64,000 nt of DNA, taken from positions 107,880,001-107,944,000 of the forward strand of contig NC_043003.1 in NCBI RefSeq assembly GCF_006345805.1, read 5' to 3'. The notes beneath the pieces were generated by a model. The model saw nothing but the letters and a program-made list of their open reading frames with translations, had not been told where the DNA came from and did not search any database. Below, piece after piece: positions 56,013-64,000 of this stretch (position 1 is the first letter of the stretch; the number at the start of each line of letters is the position of its first letter). The stretch comes from Octopus sinensis (lineage: Eukaryota). Made by a program: the position numbers and the translations under genes.

Positions 56013-57251
56013 CACAGACACGAAAAAAGTAATTAGACATGTCACAAAACATTGTTTTCTGTTTATTTTAACTTGAAAAGGTTTATATTTTTTATTAATT
56101 GACATTTTTATGTTTCAGGTTCTCTATGTAACTTGTTTAATCATGCCACGTACAAAAGACGCCTTGGAACTGTCTGAATCTTAGAGAGGTTGTATTGTGG
56201 GTCAGTCTGAAAGTGGAATTAGTATAAAATCGCAGAAAACCTTGGGATCTCACTTTCTAAAGTTAATAGATTGATTGTGCAATTTGCCAGGGAGGGGAAG
56301 GAGTCCGCATTACCTCATCCAGGTCAACAAGGCTCTGACAGGACCCTTCACTTTGTTAAGAGAAGCGTGGAGGATAATCCTCATTGCAAGGCCTCAGACA
56401 TAGTAGAACAAGTTGATGTCAATCCCAGAACAGCTGTCAGGTATCTCCACAAACTTGGCTACTATGACAGATCAGCAAGAAAGAAGCCACTTCTTCAACC
56501 AGCCAATATCAAGCGGAGAAAAGATTGGGCCAGTGAGATGGTGGAGAGGCGACTAACATTTTGGGACACTATTATATTCTCTGATGAGTCCAGATTTGCT
56601 GCATTTTCTGACAGTATGGGTCTGGAGGCTCTGTGATCAAGAATTTGACGTGAAAAGATTGGAGCCAACAATGAAACACGGCAGCTGTTCTGTGATGGTC
56701 TGGGGAGCAATTTGGAGCCATGGTCGTCGATCAGAGGTGGTGGAGTGTTAAGGAACATAAACTCAGATAAATATGTGTCTATATCACGGGAAGGACTCCT
56801 TCCAACCTTCTCCAGTGATGAAGTGATTAAAGAAGACAATCTATGGAAGATGGAGCTCTTTATCACACGGCTAAAAAGACCCAAGATTGGTTGGAAGACA
56901 ATGGCACTAAAAAACCTCCATGGCCAAGCCAGTCACCAAATTCAAACCCTATCGAACACCTTTGAGGCCTAACGGACAGGATACTTCACAAAAAGAACAA
57001 GAAACTATCCTCAAAGTCAGATCTTTTGAGATTACTGCATGAAACCTGGCCAGAAATTACTCAAGAGAATATTCATCATCTGATCAGTAGCATGTCTATT
57101 AGGGCCCTTGCATTGAAGAATGCAAAGGCATATCTACTAAATATTAGGTAGTCACATTATAACATTTAATAAATAACTTAAATGTATAATTTCAGATTTA
57201 AATAAATTTGAACGATTATAAGGATGTCTATTTACTTCTGTCATGTCTGTG
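56013..57251 (+). mobile_element. Full-length but decayed Tc1 (DD34E) transposon
   Basis: TA TSD; TIRs 26/30 identical when counted with the TA (CACAGACACGAAAAAAGTAATTAGACAT); MPRTKD start, FSDESRF, VMVWG, EDGA..WPSQSP.SNPIEH. Confidence 0.9.
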
Positions 57252-59098
57252 TACACACCCAGCTACCGAATCTGCCTGCCAGTCTGTCTGTCTGACTGTC
57301 TCTCTCTCTCTCTCTCTCGCTATATATACATATATACTGTATATATGCATGTATTTATGTACTATTTATATTCGTATATACTGTATGTATGTATGTATGT
57401 ATATATACGTTATATATATGCATCTATCAATGATCTATCTTTATATAATTATGTATCTATATGTGTAACTACACATGCACACACACGCACATACACACAC
57501 ACACTCTGACATATATTTATGTATACGAATGTACAAAAGATAAACAGATACTCACATAACGGTAATGTGTATAAAGCGAGATCATTCTATTTGATAATTT
57601 CATCTCAACAGGGGGAGTGAATGCCAGCAATAACAAGAGCTTCAGAATTTAGGGATCGTTCCGACTTATACTTCCTGCATCTAACATATTTCAACTCTTC
57701 GACCCTTCTTATATTCTTCAAATGTACCTGTACGCTCACTTTTACTTAACAATGTCCCAAAGAAAATAATAAGCAAAAAGAACGACACGCCATACATTTT
57801 ACAATACACGTAGACACACATGCAAAGGCAGACCATAAATATTCCCAGCTCCAATCTTCACTATTCTTTCTGTCATTGACTGTCATTGACCAGCCACCTT
57901 TCACTCTCTATTTTCTAAAAGCCTTCTGAAAGTCTACAGTTTTTTCCACGTTTTGATTCTTTTGAATCTATTGTTCAGCCTTTTCCTGATTCCATAATTA
58001 TTTTGCTTAATTCTGTCAGCTTTCTAAAGCATCTAACACCCTTCATATCCCTCATATCTAACCCATTCTCTGTATATTTCTCTACGAACCATTTCAATTA
58101 TATTGGTTTTTGTACTCGCAACTTACTGCCATTAAGACATTAAAACAATATATTTATAAAACACGCGCACTCACACGAACACACAGATGCATATACACAC
58201 GTATATACATAACTGAAAAGTAACATACAAAATGAAATCGTAAACAAAATAAAGGGGAAAAAACACGACTGCGAAATATAATGAAAAAGAGGAAGACAAG
58301 ATGTTCTCTGTTTTTGTCATCTAATTGTGGACACAGCGACTGTAATTCTGAGGTCCGTTGACACATAAAGCGAACAAGAAAACAAACACTATAGTGCACA
58401 AAAGCCTAAATTAATGTTCAGATAAAAAGGCAGGATGTATTTCAATAAAACTCCAGTTAACACTGACATAAAGATCGAAATGTAAACTTATTGATTTCTT
58501 GCTGAGTGGAAATAACTTTAATATCGATTACCAACTGTGTTATGTTTGTGAGATAGCGTGTGCTAACTGAAAAGATTCGATGTTATGGCTTACCAAGATG
58601 TATAATGTTAGTTATGAGATTTGTCTATGTTGCTTGCCATGTGCATTTATATAGGAAACTGTAATAGATGATCGCTTTTATGACACAACAGATGGATGTC
58701 TTAGGGTTAATTTTTTAAGGACTTTTTCTTTTCTTTTCAACTGTTCTTAAACATTTATTCATAAACATGTTTGTTTTCAATGGGGATGATAATATATTGC
58801 CCGTCTAATGCTAGTAATTCGAGAGGTGGAGTCATATCAAATTCACTAATGGAAAGTCGGTCTATAGAGCGAGATAATGTCTCATGGCAAGTGACGATGG
58901 TAACCAGGTTTCAATTACCAGCTTACACTCGGCAAAAGTGAGAGAAATAGTGAGGATTTCTTTCGGAAAAGAGCGAATATAGGCTGACTGATCTGTGACA
59001 AGGAAGGGAGAAGGGGGAAAGTATAGCTGTGTGGTGAAGAAGATCACTTCATAACGTATTGTTTTAGGATCCTTTGTACTGCACTATATCTGAGGCAA

Positions 59099-59130
<32 letters not shown>

Positions 59131-59135
<5 letters not shown>

Positions 59136-59395
59136 AACCCATTCGCCCCTTACAGGGGCGAATGGGTTACTTCCCTCGGCTGTTAACAGAAAATATATTA
59201 GATATATATAATGATCCCTTCCATGGGCCCTATTATCGACTTTGTCAACAATCTGAGTATGCCACGAGGTTTGCAGGCATGAGTTCTACTCACCTGTCAA
59301 GTTTCATCAAAATCGATAAAACAATGTAGGAGGAGTTAGCTAACAACTTCACAAACACATCCACAGAGAGAATTTCCCACATATGTAGTTGATAT
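59131..59395. mobile_element. DINE-1/Helentron-associated-like element
   Basis: Terminal perfect palindrome (19-bp arms, 59132-59172); core GTCAAGTTTCATCAAAATCG shared with the Helitron at about 35863. Confidence 0.55.
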
Positions 59396-60155
59396 ATATT
59401 TCCCAACCTCACGGTTTCAGGTTCAGTCTGACTGCATGGGAAACTTGAGAAAGTGTTTGCTACTATAGCCCCAGGACATATATATGAATTTAAGATTCAG
59501 GGATCGAGGTGTAGGTAGAAAGTTAGCTTCAAGCAACCCGTTGTAAATCCTACTTTCAGGGAAATAGTGGTTTATTGAGGCGAAAGGTTGTGGTTTTCTT
59601 TCGTATCGAAGTAAATATCCATGCGAGGTGTATACCATAGGCTACTCTTCAGGCCAAGAATATCTTGATTAAATGCAAGTTTACATTGTGGCAGGGAGTT
59701 ACATTCCGTAACTGTTGTATAAATATGTGTGTGTATGTGTGTGTGTGTGTGTTTGTGTATTTGACTAAAACCCCTTTATGCCCCAGCATAACTGCAGTCA
59801 AATGACTGAAACAAGTAAAAGAATAAAAGAATATATGCTTATATATATAGATACACATATGTGTGTGAGTATTGTATTCGTTATAATAATACAATGATGT
59901 GCTTAACTCTTGTGTCTGGTATATATTAACATTTTCTATATTTGTAATTTAATAGTTATTTGGGGATGAGAAGATCAGTGATATAATGATGATGCAAAAT
60001 CAATACCAATAGCCACCCCACGCTTCCTAAACAAAGATCATATTGTTCTTTCGTCACTAGAAAGTTAAATTGTGGATCACGTGACACACCATTTCGAAAA
60101 GAGCTTGAAGACTCAACGACTAGAAGAACAGTGGTCGTATCATTTATATATATAC

Positions 60156-60252
<97 letters not shown>

Positions 60253-60616
60253 GGGAAAACTTGAAACCCAGTACAAGCTTTATTGATCCATCTCGAAAAC
60301 GTGTGACTTGACCTCGATGAGGTTTGGTGTCAGAGCAATCTGGTACCGACGCTCTAATCTCTGTACCAATTAGTTTCATCACTGTGTAGATACGCCTGCA
60401 TCTCATATATATATATTTATATATATATGGCATACAGATTGTTGAAAGAAATCGATAATAGGGTCCCTGGAAGGGATCTTTATATATAATCTATTTCATT
60501 TAAACATCTAAAGGAATTAACCCATTCATTTTCCTAAATCATTTGGTATAAATGAAATGTAATATGCTTATTTCTTAGTATTGAATTGTTAGAGTTATTT
60601 TCACACACACGCACAT

Positions 60617-60692
<76 letters not shown>

Positions 60693-60813
60693 CGACAGAC
60701 TTCTTTCAGTTTCCATCTACCAAATTGACTGACAAAACGTAGGTCGACCCGAGGCTATAGTAGATAACACTTACCATGTAGTGGGACTGAACCTAGAGAC
60801 ATGTGGTTGGGAA
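60693..60813 (-). mobile_element. SINE family A, 5' half
   Basis: Reverse complement of the family A head and core. Confidence 0.75.
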
Positions 60814-61494
60814 AACTGAAGGGTGGTAACTTCATTATTTCAATTCTAAATATCGGTTATCGTGAAAAAAAGTAAAATGAAAAAAAATCGCTGCTGGAAA
60901 TGACAATTGCCTTTCAGAGGTTACAAGCATTGAATATGCAAATATTCTTATAATCGCAAAGGATATAAAACGTGCTAAGTTTAGAAAGAACAGTCATATA
61001 TAATTTTAAATACAAAGAAAATAAAACAACTGAAAATTGAAACTTCATCGCCGAGGTGAGACACGCTACAATGTGCATAAAAAGGTATTAAAAAATTGTC
61101 TACATTCGGGAAGAATGTACTAGTGATAAATATGTAAATATTCTTGTGGCCCCGAGAGAAATAACACGTGCTATGTTTAGAACGAACTGTCAAATACAGT
61201 TTTATGTTTTAGCGGAGCTGCCAGCTATTCTTGAGCAGTGAATATTTTAAGGAATTTAGTTAGATATGAAAAGTGGCAAGCTGCCAGAAGGACAACGGCA
61301 AATAATGATTTAATAATTAAGTATATGTTCTGGAAAGTTCTATAGAAAAATGTTGTTGAACTGGTGAGTAGTGAGTTTTTACCTTGAAATGTCTGAATGA
61401 TGGAGATATATTTCACACACACGCGCGCACACGCACACACACACATATTTAGACACATGCATGTAGACAAAGCATAATATATATACGTGTATAT

Positions 61495-61825
61495 ATGGCT
61501 CAGTGGTTAGAGCGTCGAGCTTACGATCGTTAGGTTGTGAGCTCGAATCCCAGACCGGGCTGCGTGTTGTGTTCTTGAGCAAGGCACTTTATTTTCACGT
61601 TGCTCCAGTTCACTCAGCTGTAGAAATGAGTTGCGACGTCACTGGTGCCAAGCTGTATCGACCTTTGTCTTTCCCTTGGATAACACTGGTGGCGTGGAGA
61701 GGGGAGGCCGGTATGCATGGGCGACTGCTGGTCTTCCATAAAACAACCTTGCCCGGACTTGTGTCTAGGAGGGTAACTTTCTAGGTGCAATCCCATGGTC
61801 ATTCATGACCGAAGGGGGTCTTTTA
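61495..61825 (+). mobile_element. SINE with a C-type head and core but a different 3' tail
   Basis: A box TGGCTCAGTGG; shares TGTTCTTGAGCAAGGCAC..TTCACGTTGCTCCAG..CACTCAGCTG with family C, then diverges. Confidence 0.85.
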
Positions 61826-61945
61826 TATATGTGTATTTATATATGTATAAATTTATATGTCTTTATATATGTTTATATTTATATATGTATTTATATATAT
61901 ATATGTATATATATTATATATGTATTTATATATATATATGTATAT

Positions 61946-61994
<49 letters not shown>

Positions 61995-62174
61995 ATATAT
62001 ATATGTACATACACGTATTTATATATGTATATATATATGTATATATGTGTACATGAAGTTGAAAAATATCGTTTTAGGTATAAATATACCATAAACAATT
62101 ATAGAAAAATGGAGGAGAACAAGTTGTTAAATCAAAATTAGATTTAATACAAAATAAGATTTAATACAAAATAA

Positions 62175-62285
62175 GATTCAATACATACGCGCGTTTCAAA
62201 GGACAATAGAAATATGTAAGAAAAGTTATAACCATAGTAATTATAATTAAATTTATGCATTGTCATTTTCATCAGTGTGGGGAAT
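62175..62285 (-). ncRNA. Type I hammerhead ribozyme (Penelope type) with a 51-nt loop II
   Basis: CTGATGA (62275-62269); stem II AAATGACAAT/ATTGTCCTTT; GAAAC-GCGC-GTA; stem I of 3 bp, 3x3 internal loop, 4 bp. Confidence 0.75.
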
Positions 62286-62685
62286 TTTTATAAGGGCATC
62301 ACAAAATGGTTTAATAAAATAAAGTAGATTAAAATAAGTTACAGTAAGGGAGAATACAAATGGGGTAATAGGGATACTTACAAATAAGTTGTAAAAAGGG
62401 GAAAATAACAGTAATAATTATAGTAAGAGAGACGATAGAGAAAAAAGGCAGACATATCAATGTGTATGCACGTCTATATATGCGGTAAACTATAGCATAA
62501 AAAATAAGAATAAAAAACTAACGGATATGTTTTAAAAAATGGTAACAGGTTGAGGCAAAGTATAATAAACAGGGCCACGTGCATATAGTAGAATGTAACG
62601 TAACAGGTGGACTAGTAGAAAAAACCATTGAGAGTTATACACATACATATTCAAATTGAAAAACAAATATATATATATATATATT

Positions 62686-62897
62686 TATAATTTAGAGAAA
62701 AACTTCTATTGAACAATTCAATAATGAAAGATGTTATTCCCACCATATAGAACTATAAAAACCTTATTCTAATAATCAATAAAGTACAATAAATAGTAAA
62801 TTTTTGTCTAAGGTTTTTATGGTATATGTTATCTATATGGTGTGAATAACATTTTTCATTATTGAATTGTGTGCTAGAGGTTTTTCGTTAAATTATA
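62686..62897. repeat. About 210-bp imperfect foldback (MITE-like)
   Basis: ACAATTCAATAATGAAAGATGTTATTC..CACCATATAGA pairs with TCTATATGGTG..GAATAACATTTTTCATTATTGAATTGT. Confidence 0.75.
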
Positions 62898-63174
62898 TAC
62901 GTATATGATAAATTGTGAAATTTGATTTAAAATTGTTAAATTGAATTTTTCTCGGTAAGTTTTGGAATTATATTCCCTACTATTATGCATAGGGGTAGGT
63001 GAGAAATCAGAATTAAAATGGGAACAAAAAACGAATATATGAAGAGGAAATTTATTATAAAATTACAAGTGATAGTAAAAACGTACACACTTAACACATA
63101 AGGATATACAGTCATACACATATATACACACACACACACAAAACAAAAACGTGCATGCATTCACACATACACAT

Positions 63175-63850
63175 TCAGGGGTGCAAGTGTGAGGGAAGAT
63201 ACAACAAGTAAAATAAAGAAGGACCATTAAAAGATAATTTATGATTATTCAAACGTAATTTAAGTGGGGTCTGCGTGCAACCTATATAATGAAACCTAGA
63301 GAGATTATGTGTTGTGATAGTAGCTTTATATACAGCATTTTTCATTTTGCAATTATCTTTAATCTGACAGGTGTTAGGGTTTCTACAGTTACAATTGCTA
63401 CTAATATTAGGTGTACTATTGTTATGTGTACGTGTGTTGATAAAGGAAGAGTTTGTGTGAGTATGGGAATCGTTGGTAGAAGATACAGAGCTATTTGAAT
63501 AATTGGGGTTAGTATAAGTAGTAGAGGAGGTTAAATTCTTGTAGTAAAGATTGAGTTTTCTATTGTTAAAGGAAGAAGTAATCCTAAGTAAGCTAGCAGA
63601 AACAGAAAGGCCAAATCTATGCATTCTGTTATTGGATATCCCAGCATATTTAGATTTACTAATATTTGATTTAATAAGAGAACGAATAGACTTTATAAAA
63701 TTAGACTTCAAATGTTTAGATAAGGAAAAATAATCCAAATTATGTTATTATTGTGTTTCTTATTGGTATGGTGGTTTTTATTAGATGGGTCATCCATTTG
63801 AATAAGCTGTATAGGTTTTTTTACCTCTCGTATTAACACCATCACTAACA
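63175..63850 (-). mobile_element. Penelope-like GIY-YIG endonuclease remnant
   Basis: CNCRNPNTCQIKDNCKMKNAVYKATIT..YIGCTQTPLKLRLNNHKLSF (ORF 63175-63738). Confidence 0.85.
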
Positions 63851-63854
63851 ATGC

Positions 63855-64000
63855 TCTTCTTCTTCTTCTTCTTCTTCTTCTTCTTCTTCTTCTTCTTCTT
63901 CTTCTTCTTCTTCTTCTTCTTCTTCTTCTTCTTCGTCTTCTTCTTCTTCTTCTTCTTCTTCGTCTTCTTCTTCTTCTTCTTCTTCTTCTTCTTCTTCTTC
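63855..64000. repeat. (CTT)n microsatellite running off the window
   Basis: Direct reading. Confidence 0.97.

Noticed and set aside
56581-56600. CTGATGAGTCC
   Set aside because: It encodes the Tc1 FSDES motif, and there is no matching GAAA or stems.

Overview
Eukaryotic, AT-rich DNA saturated with microsatellites: (TA)n, (CA)n, (CTAT)n, (CATA)n, (CACT)n, (TAA)n and (CTT)n. The SINE families and microsatellite load resemble an octopus/cephalopod genome (inference). No host protein-coding gene can be called, and most ORFs in the track are translated microsatellites. The window is a layered transposon landscape: about 25 tRNA-type SINE copies in several modular families; two 5'-truncated L1/Tx1-type retrotransposon copies (25961-27312 and 28009-31071), both embedded in (CTAT)n in the same orientation and without a poly(A) tail; an R4/Dong-like 3' fragment in (TAA)n; RTE-like LINE fragments; several Penelope-like (GIY-YIG) remnants, some with type I hammerhead ribozyme motifs (one essentially intact at 62175-62285, minus); two canonical non-autonomous Helitrons, one splitting a Penelope ORF; a probable solo LTR; hAT MITEs; and Tc1/mariner remnants of DD34E, DD36E, DD37D-like and mariner types. 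Coordinates were counted by hand. Where a terminal motif is quoted they should be exact; SINE and degenerate-element ends are approximate (about +/-10 bp).
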